In this document: positions 25,296 through 38,079 of the stretch, in pieces | How positions within the stretch are numbered: position 1 is the first letter of the stretch | How the letters are laid out: every line of letters begins with the position of its first letter | From: Squalus acanthias | Taxonomy: Eukaryota | Direction of reading: 5' to 3' | NCBI GenBank assembly: GCA_030390025.1 | Contig: CM059432.1 | Location: 31,374,001-31,438,000, forward strand | DNA: 64,000 bases | Notes under the pieces: model-generated | Databases searched by the model: none | What the model was told of the DNA's origin: nothing | What the model saw: only the letters and a program-made list of their open reading frames with translations | Made by a program: the position numbers and the translations under genes

Positions 25296-25996
25296 TCACT
25301 GACTCCTGTGTCTAGTCATGTGGAGACATTAGTTATTGAAGCTTTCAATAAATTTCCATCATCAACAGAGCAAACATTGGAACATAAATCACATTCCAAC
25401 TTTCTTCCCACCCCTAGCCTGTCCCCCATCCGGTTTGGAGATTGTTAGAATGAGACAACTCAACTCGAGTTCTCACCTCTCCTCCCATTTTTTCCTCTGG
25501 TACAATTATTATTCTATTCTTTTCTCTTGGTCAAAGTTAAACTGTTAAAAGGTAGATTTAAAAAATCCTCAATACTGAGGTATAAATTGCTCTTGTTGGT
25601 ATGTGTAGCAATGGGGTAAATATGTTAATGAAGATTTCCTCTGATCGCTATATGCAGAGAAATTGTAAATCGTGGGTGGGGGGTGGGGGGGGCTTTGCGG
25701 GATTTTGTCGCAGGAAGTGAACATGTTGTTTTCATATCCACACTCTTGCCTTGGAGAGTAGGGTGAAGTAGTAGAAGGATTTGCAGGTTGATTGACATGG
25801 CGATAACCATCTTTATACCAGCCAATTGGGGGGGGGGGGGGGTGGGGGTGGTGAGGTTCAGTCCTATACAGCAAGAAGTTTAATGGGCTCCCACAACCCC
25901 ATACAATGAGGGGGGAACCCATACCCACCAGACACGAGTATCCCACTGGATGTCAACCCAGAAATCAGAGCCGGACTTCTGGAGTGGAGTTTGAAC

Positions 25997-26501
25997 TGCA
26001 GTGGGGAAAGAGTTAAAATGACATCGCTGGCAGTTTCACTGAATGGTGTAAGGAAGACAGGGGCTAACATGAAAGACCACATCCATAAAGATGCGGTCAA
26101 AGATAGCTGACCTTTGGAGAGATATAAAACAATTAAATGGAGACAGGATGTCCAGCATTTCAACTGCCCGTGGGAACTTTATTGCCTCGGTTACATTCCA
26201 GGGTGTCTTTTGGTCGGCATTCAGCAGTTTGAGTGAGTAATTGAGGAGGCAGCTTTACATTAAGATTCGTAACCAATCAGTGAAGGTGCATGCGGGCCAA
26301 GATCCAATCAGGTGGCAGAAATGAATTTAGTATGAGCCGAACATGCTTATTGTAATGTATAAAAATGTAGTGCTTGCTGTAACAATTTGGAGAAGTCTGG
26401 CTAAGACAGAGCAGACTGTTTCCCCACCGGTGTAATAAAGACAACTTGATTATCGATCTGAAAACCTTGTGTCGAGTGTTGGTTTAAAATACTCCACAAC
26501 A
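25997..26501 (+). mobile_element. Solo LTR (505 bp) inserted in a SINE head
   Basis: TGCAGTGGGG...CTCCACAACA ends; 4-bp TSD GAAC; two CCAAT boxes (about 26273 and 26304), TATAAAA (about 26358) and AATAAA (about 26434). Confidence 0.88.
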
Positions 26502-27054
26502 GAACCCTGTACCTTCTGATGCCGAGGTGGGAATGCTACCACTAAGGCTCGGTTCTAGTGACTGTATAAGACAAGGTTAATGTCCCCTGCCTTATTAATG
26601 AGTATTTAGTTTATCTCAATGTGTTTAGAATGTTCTTGTTTAATGTTTAGTGGTACATTTTATTGATGTTGTTGTAAGCTGTGTGCAGCAGAATAATTCC
26701 TCTCCCCCTCAGGTAGGCTTCCAGGTGCCACCAGCTCCAGGATACTGGAATTGTTCCATTGGTTCAGACTGGCATTAGGGAAGGGATATGCTGATCCCTC
26801 TCTTGCAAATGGAGATACTCCTTACTGGGGTGGTGTAAAGGACTATAAAAACCCTTCTTATAGTTTTCTAGATTGGATTTGGCTTGCTGCTTGTCCTACA
26901 CACAGAAGCAAATCTGTGAGATAGTCTGATGACTGGACTTGCTGAAGGTAAGGCCTTTCCCCTCTTCCTTCAGGTTTGCTTCATGTATTTTCCTATTTCC
27001 TTCCTTCACTGCCTTCTTTCATCTTTTTTCGCTTCTCTTGTTTCTTCACTCCTT

Positions 27055-27255
27055 CAGCTTGACTTAATTGGTAACACTGTCATCTCTGAGGGAGAAGGTT
27101 GTGGGTTTATGTCCCACACTAGGACTTGTACATTATTTATTCTACTACATAATGCAATCTGGCATTCCAGAATGATACTGAGGAAGTGTTGAATTGTCAG
27201 AGATGAGAAGTTAAACTAAAGCTTTATCTGCCCATTCAAGTATATGTTAAAAGCT
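27055..27255 (+). mobile_element. DeuSINE 5' part (degenerate tRNA head)
   Basis: CAGCTTGACTTAATTGGTAACAC...GAAGGTTGTGGGTTTATGTCCCAC is similar to the reverse complement of 54930-55116. Confidence 0.65.
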
Positions 27256-29742
27256 ATAATGGGTTGGTATTCTGAAAGGATGCCATTAAATGGGTTGAAG
27301 AGCTTAAACTAACCTTGATTATCTCTTTGTAATCGCATTCCTTTCACTATTTCATCTTTTGCATGTCTCCTTTCTTCACCTTCCTGTTTTATTTTCCTTT
27401 CTATTTTAACAGGGATGCAGCTGACGATTACAGGGTCCCAAAGTCTGGAGCAAAAGGTCTGTGAGTGGGGCTCTCAGTACACAGAACTGCATGTTGGAAG
27501 GCAAATGTCCCTGATTGGCTAGCCCAGGTGCCAGTCAATGACACAGCCAATGACATCCAACTAAAATAACCCCAAGCAAATCCTTAGCATTATCCTCGTG
27601 GCAGACAGTTTTACAAGTATTAATGTGAGGTAGAAAGACGAAAAACCTCTAGAGCTGAGAGGAGAGCAAAAGATCATTAGGATAGTCGCAGTTGGTAAAG
27701 ACAGCCAATGATGCTCGGTTACTAGTTAGCAGGTTATCTGTTTTTCGACCATGGGTGTGTATTGAGATGTGATTAGCTTTGTGTTTTCTCTCCCTTTGCT
27801 CTTGGAGACATATTCAAACCAAACCCAGATCTCTTCCATTGCCGTACCCAGATCTCTTCCGCTGAAAACGTTAGTGGGAGTTGTATACAGACCCCCAAAC
27901 AGTAATGCTGAGGTTGGGGATGGCATTGAACGGGAAATTAGAGATACGTGCAATAAGGGCACAGCAGTTATCATGGGTGACTTTAATCTACATATAGATT
28001 GGGCTAACCAAATTAGTAACAATACTGTGGAAGAGGAATTCCTAGAGTGTATACGGGATGGTTTCCTGGACCAATATGTCGAGGAACCAACTAGAGATCA
28101 GGCCATCTTAGACTGGGTACTATGTAATGAGAAAGGATTAATTAGCAATCTTATTGTGCGAGGCCCCTTGGGGAGGAGCGATCATAATATGATAGAATTC
28201 TTCATTCAGATGGAGAGTGAAGTAGTAGTTGACTCAGAGACTAGGGTACTGAATTTAAATACAGGAAACTACGATGGTATGAGGCACGAGTTGGCTAGGA
28301 TGGGTTGGGGAATGTTACTTAAAGGGTTGACGGTGGATAAGCAATGGCAAACATTTAAAGATCGCATGGATGAACTACAGAATTTGTTCATCACTGTCTG
28401 GCATAAAAATAAAACAAAAAAGGTGACTCAACCGTGGCTAACAAGGGAAATTAGGGATAGCATAAGATCCAAGAAGAGGACATATCAATTGGCCAGAAAA
28501 AGCAGCAAACCTGAGGATTGGGAGCAGTTTAGGATTCAGCAAAGGAGGACAAAGGGATTAATTAAGAGGGGGGAAATAAAGTATGAGAGTAAGCTTGCAG
28601 GGAACATAAAAACTGACTGTAAAAGCTTCTATAGATATGTGAAGAGAAAAAGATTGGTGAAGTCAAGCGTAGGTCCCTTGCAGTCAGAATCAGGGGAATT
28701 TATAATGGGGAACAAAGAAATGGCAGGCCAATTAAATACATACTTTGGTTCTGTCTTCACAAAGGAGGACACAAATAAACTCCCAGAGATGTCGGGGAAC
28801 ATAGGGTCTAATGAGAGGGAGGAACTGAATGAAATCAGTATTTGTAGGGAAATGGTGTTAGGGAAATTGACGGGATTGAAGGCCGATAAATCCCCAGGGC
28901 CTGATAATCTACATCCTAGGGTACTTAAGGAAGTGGCCCTAGAAATAGTAGATGCATTGCTGGTCATCTTCCAAAATTCTATAGACTCTGGAACAGTTCC
29001 CATGGATTGGAGAGTAGCTAATGTAACCCCACTATTTAAAAAAAGTGGTAGAGAGAAAACGGGAATTATAGATCGGTAAGCCTGACATCGGTAATGGGGA
29101 AAATGCTTGAGTCCATTATAAAAGATGTAATAGCAGAGCACTTGGAAAACAGTGACAGGATTGGACAAAGTCAACATGGATTTACAAAAGGTAAATCATG
29201 CTTGACTAATCTACTGGAAGTTTTTGAGGATGTAACTGGTAAATAGATAAGGGAGAACCAGTGGATGTGGTGTATTTGGACTTTCAGAAGGCTTTCGATA
29301 AGGTCCCGCATAAGAGATTAGCATGCAAAGTTAAAGCACATGGGATTGGGGGTAAGGTACTGACTTGGATAGAAAACTGGTTGGCAGACAGGAAGCAAAG
29401 AGTTGGAATAAACGGGTCTTTTTCCGAGTGGCAGGCAGTGGCTAGTGGGGTACCGCAGGGATCAGTGCTAGGACCCCAGTTATTCACAATATATATTGGG
29501 CAGATGCATGGCAGATGCAGTATAATGTGGATAAATGCGAGGTTATCCACTTTGGTGGCAAAAACAGGAAGGCAGATTATTATCTGAACGGCAATAGATT
29601 GGGAAAAGGGGAAGTGCAACGAGACCTGGGTGTCCTTGTGCACCAGTCGCTGAAGGTAAGCATGCAGGTGCAGCAGACGGTTAAGAAGGCAAATGGTATG
29701 TTGGCCTTCATAGCGAGAGGATTCGTGTACAGGAGCAAGGAT

Positions 29743-30647
29743 GTTCCTCCTGCAGAATGTTTGAGGTGATGGACGCCGTAGGTGTCCCTGCTGATTACAC
29801 CTGTGGGAAGTGCACCCATCTCCAGCTCCTCGAAAGCCGTGTTAGGGAACTGGAGCTGGAGCTGGATGAACTTCGGATCATTCGGGAGGCAGAGGAGGTC
29901 ATAGATAGAAGCTTCAGGGATGTAATTACTCCAAAGCATGAAGATAGATGGGTGACGGTGAGAGGGGCTAGGAGGAAGCAGTCAGTGCAGGGATCCTCTG
30001 TGGTCGTTCCCCTCAGTAACAGGTATACCGCTTTGAATACTGTTGAGGGGGACGACTTACCAGTGGTAAGCCATGGTGACCGGATCTCCGGCGCTGGGTC
30101 CGTCCCTGTGGCTCAGAAGGGAAGGGGGGAGAGCAGGAGAGCAATAGTTATTGGGGACTCAATAGTCAGAGGGACAGATAGGAGGTTCTGTGGCAGCAAA
30201 AGAGACTCACGGATGGTATGTTGCCTCCCGGGTGCCAGGGTCCGTGACGTCTCGGACCGTGTTTTCAGAATCCTCAAAGGGGAGGGGGAACAATCATAAG
30301 TCGTGGTACACATCGGTACCAACGACATAGGTAGGAGAAGGGACGGGGATTTAAAACAGGAATTTAGGGAGCTAGGTTGGAAGCTGAGAGCCAGTACAAA
30401 CCATGTTGTAATTTCTGGTTTGTTGCCGGTGCCACGTGCTAGCGAGTTGAGGAACAGGGAGAGAGTGCAGATAAACACGTGGCTGCAGGGATGGTGTAGC
30501 GGGGAGGGTTTCAGTTATGTGGATAATTGGAGCACATTCTGGGGAAGGTGGGACCTGTACAAACAGGACGGTTTGCACCTGAACCAGAGGGGCACCAATA
30601 TCCTGGGAGGGAAATTTGCTACGGCTCTTTGGGGGGGTTTAAACTAA
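29743..30647 (+). pseudogene. CR1 ORF1: zinc finger, leucine zipper and SGNH esterase
   Basis: CSSC...YTCGKC; LQLLESRVRELELELDEL; GDSIVRG, HIGTND, DGLHLN; one in-frame TAA at 30297-30299. Confidence 0.9.
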
Positions 30648-30759
30648 TTTGTCAGGGGGATGGGAAAAAGGGCTGTAGTCCAGGAGCCAGTGGTGAGTGT
30701 AGGGAGGTACTGAGGAGGGTATCACGGTCGCAGGAATGTACCGGCAGACAGGAAGATGG

Positions 30760-33539
30760 CTTGAAGTGTGTCTACTTCAATGCAAGGAGCATCCGGAATA
30801 AGGTAGGAGAACTTGGAGCGTGGATTGGTACTTGGGACTACGATGTGGTGGCCATTACGGAGACATGGTTAGAACAGGGACAGGAATGGTTGTTGGAAGT
30901 TCCGGGGTATAGATGTTTCAGTAAGAGTAGGGAAGTTGGTAAGAAAGGTGGAGGAGTAGCATTGTTAATCAAGGATAGTTTAACAGCGGCAGAAAGGCAG
31001 TTCGAGGGGGATCTGCCGTCTGAGGTAATATGGGCTGAAGTTAGAAATAGGAAAGGAGCGGTCACGTTGTTAGGAGTTTTCTACAGGCCCCCAAATAGTA
31101 ATAGAGATGTGGAGGAAGAAATTGCAAAGCAGATTATGAATAGGTGTGGAGGTCACAGAGTAGTTGTCATGGGTGACTTCAACTTTCCAAATATTGATTG
31201 GAACCTTTATAGGTCAAACAGTTCGGATGGGATAGTTTTTACACAGTGTGTGCAGGAGGGTTTCCTGACACAATATGTGGATAGGCCAACAAGAGCTGGG
31301 GCCACGTTGGATTTGGTACTGGGTAATGAACCGGGCCAAGTGTTTGATTTGTATGTGGGAGAGCACTTTGGAGATAGTGACCACAATTCGGTAACGTTCA
31401 CTATTGCAATGGAGAGGGATAGGGCCATACGGCAGGGCAGGGTTTATAATTGGGGGAGGGGTAATTATGATGCGATTAGGCAAGAATTAGGGAGTATAAG
31501 ATGGGAACAGAAACTATCAGGGAAAGGCACAAACGAAAAGTGGAGCTTTTTCATGGAGCAATTACTGCGTGTCCTTGATAGGTATGTCCCTGTCAGGCTG
31601 GGAGGAATTGGCCGAGTGAGAGAACCATGGTTCACAAAAGAGGTTGAATGTCTAGTCAAGAGAAAAAAGGAAGCGTATGTAAGGATGAGAAAACAAGGTT
31701 CAGTTGGGTCGATTGAGGGGTACAAGGTAGCAAGGAATGAGCTAAAAAAAGAGCTTAGGAGAGCTAGGAGGGGGCATGAGAAGTCCTTGGCGGGTCAGAT
31801 CAAGAAAAACCCCAAGGCCTTTTACTCTTATGTGAGCAATAAAAGAATGACCAGGGTGAGGGTAGGGCCGGTCAAGGACAGTAGTGGGAACTTGTGCATG
31901 GAGTCAGAAGAGATAGGAGAGGTGATGAATGAATACTTTTCGTCAGTGTTCACCGAGGAGAGGGGCCATGTTCTTGAGGATGAGAGTGTGATAAAGGTGG
32001 ATAGGCTGGAGGTGGTAGATGTTCTGAGGGAAGATGTTTTAGCAATTTTGAAGAACCTGAGGGTCGATAAGTCCCCTGGGCCAGATGGGATATATCCTAG
32101 GATTCTTTGGGAGGCAAGGGAGGAGATTGCAGAGCCTCTGGCTTTGATCTTTGGGTCCTCACTGTCCACGGGAATGGTGCCAGAGGACTGGAGAGTGGCG
32201 AATGTTGTTCCTCTCTTCAAGAAAGGAAATAGGAATGACCGTGGTAATTATAGGCCGGTTAGTCTTACTTCGGTGGTTGGTAAGATAATGGAAAAGGTCC
32301 TGAGGGATAGGATTTATGACCATTTGGAAAGGGGCAACTTAATCAGGGATAGTCAACACGGATTCGTGAAGGGTAAGTCTTGCCTAACAAATTTGATTGA
32401 ATTCTTTGAGGAGGTAACTAAGTGTGTAGATGAAGGTAGAGCAGTTGATGTCGTATACATGGATTTTAGTAAGGCGTTTGATAAGGTTCCCCATGGTCGG
32501 CTCATGAAGAAAGTAAGGAGTTGTGGGATAGAGGGAAATTTGGCCGATTGGATAAGTAACTGGCTATCTCATAGAAGGCGTGGTGGTGGATGGAACATTT
32601 TCGGACTGCAGACCAGTTACCAGCGGTGTGCCACAGGGGTCGGTGCTGGGTCCTCTGCTGTTTGTGATTTTTATCAATGACTTGGAGGAGGGGACTGAAG
32701 GGTGGATCAGTAAATTTGCTGATGACACCAAGATTGGTGGAGCAGTGGATGAGGTGGAGGGCTGTTGTAGGCTGCAAAGAGACATTGATAGGATGCAGAG
32801 CTGGGCCGAAAAATGGCAGATGGAATTTAACCCTGATAAGTGCGAGGTGATTCATTTTGGTAGGGCAAATTTGAATAAGGATTACAGGGTCAACGGCAGG
32901 GTTCTGAGGAACGTGGAGGAGCAGAGGGATCTGGGGGTTCATATCCACAGATCTCTGAAGGTTGCCACTCAAGTGGATAGAGCAGTAAAGAAGGCCTATG
33001 GTGTGTTGGCGTTTATTAACAGAGGGTTTGAGTTTAAGAACCGTGAGGTTATGCTGCAACTGTACAGGACCTTGGTGAGACCACATTTGGAATATTGTGT
33101 GCAGTTCTGGTCACCTCACTATAGGAAGGACGTGGAAGCATTGGAAAGAGTGCAAAGGAGATTTACCAGGATGCTGCCTGGTTTGGGGGGGAGGTCTTAT
33201 GAGGAAAGATTGAGGGAGTTGGGGCTTTTCTCTTTAGAGCGGAGGAGGATGAGAGGCGACTTAATAGAGGTTTATAAGATGATGAGGGGGATAGATAGAG
33301 TGGATGTTCAGAGACTATTTCCTCGGGTAGAGGCAGCTGTTACAAGGGGGCATAACTATAAGGTGCATGGGGGGAGATATAGAAGGGATGTCCGAGGTAG
33401 ATTCTTTACTCAGAGAGTGGTTGGGGTGTGGAATGGACTGCCTGCTGTGATAGTGGAGTCGGACACTTTAGGAACTTTCAAGCGGTTATTGGATAAGCAC
33501 ATGGAGCACACCAGAGTGATAGGGAGTGTGATAGCTTGA
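30760..33539 (+). pseudogene. CR1 ORF2: apurinic endonuclease plus reverse transcriptase
   Basis: [51 protein letters not shown]; a single visible frameshift near 32578. Confidence 0.95.
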
Positions 33540-33703
33540 TCTTGGTCTCGGACAATGCTCGGCACAACATCGAGGGCTGAAGGGCCTGTACTGTGCTGTA
33601 CTGTTCTATGTTCTATGTTCTATGTTCTATATTCAAGAAGGAGTTAAATACTTTTCCTAAGGCTAAGGGGATCAAGGGATATGGGGAGAAAGCAGGGACA
33701 GGG

Positions 33704-33921
33704 TGACATGAATCTTGTCATTCATGTATGAAGTAATACTGGGCGGCCTGCTGGTGGTGCTGTCCAGGGAGAGTATAAATACTCGGGCATGGGCCCAGCT
33801 TGCTTAGGACATACCTCAACAGGAACTAGTGAAGGACATAACTAGATCTCCATGTTGAAAAACAGTTGATTAAAGCTTTGTTTAATGCTTAGACCAAGTG
33901 CCTAGTAGTTTTCTTACGTCA
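33704..33921 (+). mobile_element. Short solo LTR (218 bp)
   Basis: TGACAT...ACGTCA ends; 5-bp TSD CAGGG; TATAAATA at about 33774 and ATTAAA at about 33869. Confidence 0.85.
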
Positions 33922-35054
33922 CAGGGTACTGAATTTGGATGATCAGCCATGATCGCATTGAATGGCGGAGCAGGCTCGAGGGGCCGAATGGCCTACTCCT
34001 GCTCCTATCTTCTATGTTTCTATGCTGTACCCAGATCTCTTCCATTGCCAAAGCTCCCCCACCCCCCACCCCCACCAAGAAGTTTGGCTTCTTCTTTCCA
34101 GCCAATCTCTTGCTTTCCTCTCAGCATCTCTTAATTTTATGTGAAGCTGAAGTCTGCCCCAGGAGTTGAATGTTGCTCCCATAACTTGGCTCACTCTTTC
34201 TATTCTTGTTTTTCATATTCTGAGCATGCCATTTTACATGCACTTATTTCTCACTGTGTTGAAAAGAATGATAATTGCACCACCTCCTAATCTAATACAT
34301 TCTTTTCCAGGACTTCAAAACTGTGAGACCCCCTTACTTCACTCAATTTTCCATTCCTTCAGCAATCTATAGGATTTTAAACCCAAGCTGGTCACCATGT
34401 TCGACACTACTTCTTGACTACAATTTCAACTTCACAGAGAGTTGAATTGTTGAGGGGAAAACATTTTCCAGGAAAGAGGGAAGCAAAGGGCCAATCGAGT
34501 GCTTCCGTTAAGGAGCAGTGGTTACAGGGAGTGCTGGTCGCCGGTTTCTGGCCCCGATTTTTCCTCCAATATATAACAATTCATATAATTTTATATTTTT
34601 ATGACAAAGGATTGCAACAAATTACCTAAATGAAAGAAGATGAACTGAAGCATATGCTAGACATTACATCTTAAATCAGAATATCCCATATTCTGCGCTT
34701 CTAGAAGATTCCATGTACTCTGTTGCATTAGCAGTGTGCAATGAACTGTGTGAAATAGGGTAAAATCTAATTAACATTTCCATTATTCCACCTCGTTGTG
34801 CAGTTTTATTCATATTTTGTGTGACTTAAGTGGTGCCAGCCATTTAATGAGACCTAATTCACAATGCTGATTATGATAAATGCACTTAGAACTGCAGGTT
34901 ACTATTTGCTGCCAATCTTTTTAGATGAAGTTATCTTAATTCGGCCTGTTGCACTTACTTTGTCAATTCATGGCTTTTGATGATTAATATTTTGTAGCTA
35001 CTGAATATGTAATTGGTGCTTGTTTTAGATTATATTGTTTTTAAGGTTCCTAAT

Positions 35055-35925
35055 GATAGGAACATAGGAACAGGAGTGGGCCATGCAGCCCCTTGAGCCT
35101 GTTCCACCATTCAATGAGATCATTGCTGACCTGTAACCTAACTCCATCCACCCACCTTGACTCCATATCCCTTAATACCCTTGGTTAGTAAAAATCTATC
35201 GATCCCAGATTTAAAATTATTAATTGAGCCAGCATCTACTGCTTTTTGAATGAAGAAGTGTTTCCTAACTTCTCTCCTAAATGGCCTGGCTCTAATTTTA
35301 AGGTTATGTCATTCTGGTGAATCTGTACTGCACTCCTTCCAAGGCCAATATATCCTTTCTAAGGTAGGGTGCCCAGAACTGTACACAGTACTCCAGATGT
35401 GGTCTAACCACAGCTTTGTACAGCTGCAGCAAAACTTCCTCCCCTTTATATTCTAGCCCTCTATTTATAAAGGCTAACATTCCATTCGCCTTTTTGATTA
35501 TTTTTTGTACCTGACCACTACATTTTAGTGATCTGTGTATATGGACCCCTAAACCTCTTTGGACCTCTGCTGTTCCTAGCAGGAGTGTTTTCTTCATTAA
35601 TTTGAGAAACCTAAGTGGAGGATTGAAGCCTTTGGTGCAGGACACCACCAATGTTAAAGGCAAGAGATTTAGGACAAAGAGCAGGAGAAATCTTTTTACG
35701 CAATGTGTTGTGAGGCTGTGGAATGCATTACCAGATTTAGTGATTGAAGCAGAGATCATGTCAACATTTAAGAATAAGTCAAGATTGTTGAAGGAAATGG
35801 GAATAAAGGGATATGGGAACAAAGCAGGAACATGGAATTAGGACTGCTACTTGTGTGAAGGATAAACACCCACGTGGACTGGTTCGATTGAATGGCCTGT
35901 TGTAATTTTTATGTAAATCTATGTA
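35055..35925. mobile_element. Two CR1 3' fragments in opposite orientations (35055-35580 minus, about 35620-35925 plus)
   Basis: KKANGMLAFINRGLEYK...RPHLEYCVQFW on minus; RNLFTQCVVRLWNALP on plus; a tail on each. Confidence 0.85.
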
Positions 35926-36059
35926 AATAGATTGAAAATAGTAGGAGACTAGACAGTTAACACATGAATCTTTTCAGCTGCAGGGTGAGAAAGACTCAAC
36001 AAAAAATGAAGATTAACATAATAAAATAAACTTTTTCTTAGTTATCAAAAGTATAACCA

Positions 36060-36570
36060 TAACAACAACAACTTGTATTTATATAGCGCCTTTAACGTAG
36101 TAAAGCAAGGCGCTTCACAGGCGTGTTATAAAACAAAGTTTGGCACGAGCTATATAAGGAGAAATTTGGGCAGATGTCCAAAAGCTTGGTCAAAGAGGTA
36201 GGTTTTAAGGAGCATCTTAAAGGAGGAAAGAGAGGTAGAGAGGCGGAGAGGTTTAAGGAGGGAATTCCAGAGCATAGGGCCTAGACAGCTGAAGGCATGG
36301 CCACCGATGGTTGAGCGATTAAAGTTAGGGATGTCAAGAGGCCAGAATTAGAGAAGTGCAGATATCTCGGAGGGTTGTGGGACTCGAGGAGATTACAGAG
36401 ATAGGGAGGGGTGAGGCCATGGAGGGATTTGAAAACAAGGATGAGAATTTTAAAAGGCTTTGCTTAACCGGGAGTCAATGTAGCGAGCACAGGGGTGATG
36501 GGTGAAAGAGACTTGGTGCGAGTTAGGACATGGACACCCGAATTTTGGATGACCTCGAGTTTATGTAGGG
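36060..36570 (-). mobile_element. L2 LINE 3' end
   Basis: (AAC)n-TTGTATTTATATAGCGCC tail followed by the reverse complement of L2 C-terminal coding DNA. Confidence 0.85.
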
Positions 36571-36889
36571 TTGCTAGTTGGTTGCTGCAGAGGTGATCAA
36601 ATATGTGATGTTAGATGGCAATACTGAGTAGGTAACAGCACTGGCCGATATTACCCCATTTACAGTATTACATTCTGCTGCCACTTTCTCACGGTTAGCT
36701 CATTTTGGAGGAGAATGAAGATGAAAAGGGACAACTTATTTCAGTTGTGTGACATGTTTATGATAATCCCTTGCCTAAGCTTCTGTGCCTTTTATAATAC
36801 TGAGTAATAATGTTAGTTTTGGAGTCAGATATTTCTCCAATCAATTGAAAACTCACCCATAACACATGAATGCCCTAACAATGTACTTT

Positions 36890-37155
36890 TTAAAAATTCA
36901 TTGGTAGGATGTGAGCATCGCTCGCAAGGCTGGCACTTATTACCCATCTCCAGTTGCCCTGAGAACATGGTGGTAGCTGTTTGATACAACTGAGTGGCTT
37001 GCTGAGCCTCCTCAGAGGGCCGTTAAGAGTCAACCACGTTGGTGTGGGACAACAACAACTTGCATTTATATAGCGCCTTTAATGTAAACGGCCAAGGCGC
37101 TTCATAGGATCGTTATCAGGCAAAATCTGACACCGAGCCACATATGGAGATATTT
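36890..37155 (-). mobile_element. LINE 3' tail (36890-37050) plus a second L2 3' tail (37050-37155)
   Basis: Similar to the reverse complement of 16060-16170 and to 36060-36170 respectively. Confidence 0.7.
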
Positions 37156-37770
37156 TGCCTCCTCCATCCCTATCCTAATCCATCACTACTGCTCTGCCTT
37201 CCTGTTCTCATGCTGCCATTTCAGGCTTGAATCACTCTTGGATAAATCAGCAGCTACCCTCTGTGCCTCTCTCAGCATTTTCTAAAGGGCACATCGAGGC
37301 TGCCTCCTTGCAATCAAAAGCCCTAACTATCCCATCCTCCGACCTTCATGCCCAGCACACCCACGGGAGGCTACCCTCACACTAACTTCCTACCTGCCCC
37401 ACCCATCACTATCCCCTTGGACACTGGCAGTAGATCAATCACCACCCCTTTTTGCATTTCCCTCCAAAATGTCTGTTCACTCGCGAACAAGGCTCTTGCT
37501 ATCCACAACCTTATTGTGGATGATCGCATTGGCATCCTGGCTATGACTGAAACTTAGCTCATGGGTGGCGACACCTTGTCCCTTATCAAAGCCTTCCAGC
37601 CTGGCTATACTTTCCACCACCTGCCCCGTCAAAATCACCAGGATGATGTCATTGTGTCCCTTATCACCAAGTCACACCTTGATCTCTCCCCTACTCCTCT
37701 AGCACCTACTCCTCCTTTGAGCACCTCACTTTGTTCCATCCCTCTCACCTCTCCTTTAAAATCCTCAATT
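37156..37770 (+). mobile_element. L2 LINE endonuclease-domain fragment
   Basis: SLQNVCSLANKALAIHNLIVDDRIGILAMTET*L...PGYTFHHLPR. Confidence 0.8.
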
Positions 37771-38079
37771 TTATTTTTACAAGATGGCTCCTGGGCTGGC
37801 AGCTCCCTAGGGAGCTCCTTTTCCATCCTTGGCCATCCGTTGCCATCCTTTGCTCTTTCTCCCCCCAGTCTCCTCTCTTCTGCTGTTTAAGTTCCCCTGG
37901 CTCTAATAGTGGGTACATTTTATCCCTAACTGCAAGTTCAAGCTGCAAGGTTAAAGTTACCTGAGCCCATTGCCCATCCCCCGACCACGCCTGTTCTTTG
38001 TTCTCAATGAGCACTGGCTCTTCACTTAAACTTAGCTCCCAAATTCCCAGACCTCTCTGCTGTCAAGACTACACTTCTC

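Larger units (their letters stand above)
29743..33630 (+). mobile_element. CR1 LINE B, near full-length coding region, nested in CR1 A
   Basis: ORF1 plus ORF2 and a (TTCTATG)n tail at about 33603-33629. Confidence 0.97.
27861..34028 (+). mobile_element. CR1 LINE A (27861-29745 and 33631-34028), hosting CR1 B and a solo LTR
   Basis: EN motifs VVYRPPNS, MGDFN, SDHN; RT YLDFQKAFDKVPH; 3' tail TTCTATGTTTCTATG; 21-bp TSD ACCCAGATCTCTTCCATTGCC at 27823-27843 and 34029-34049. Confidence 0.95.
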
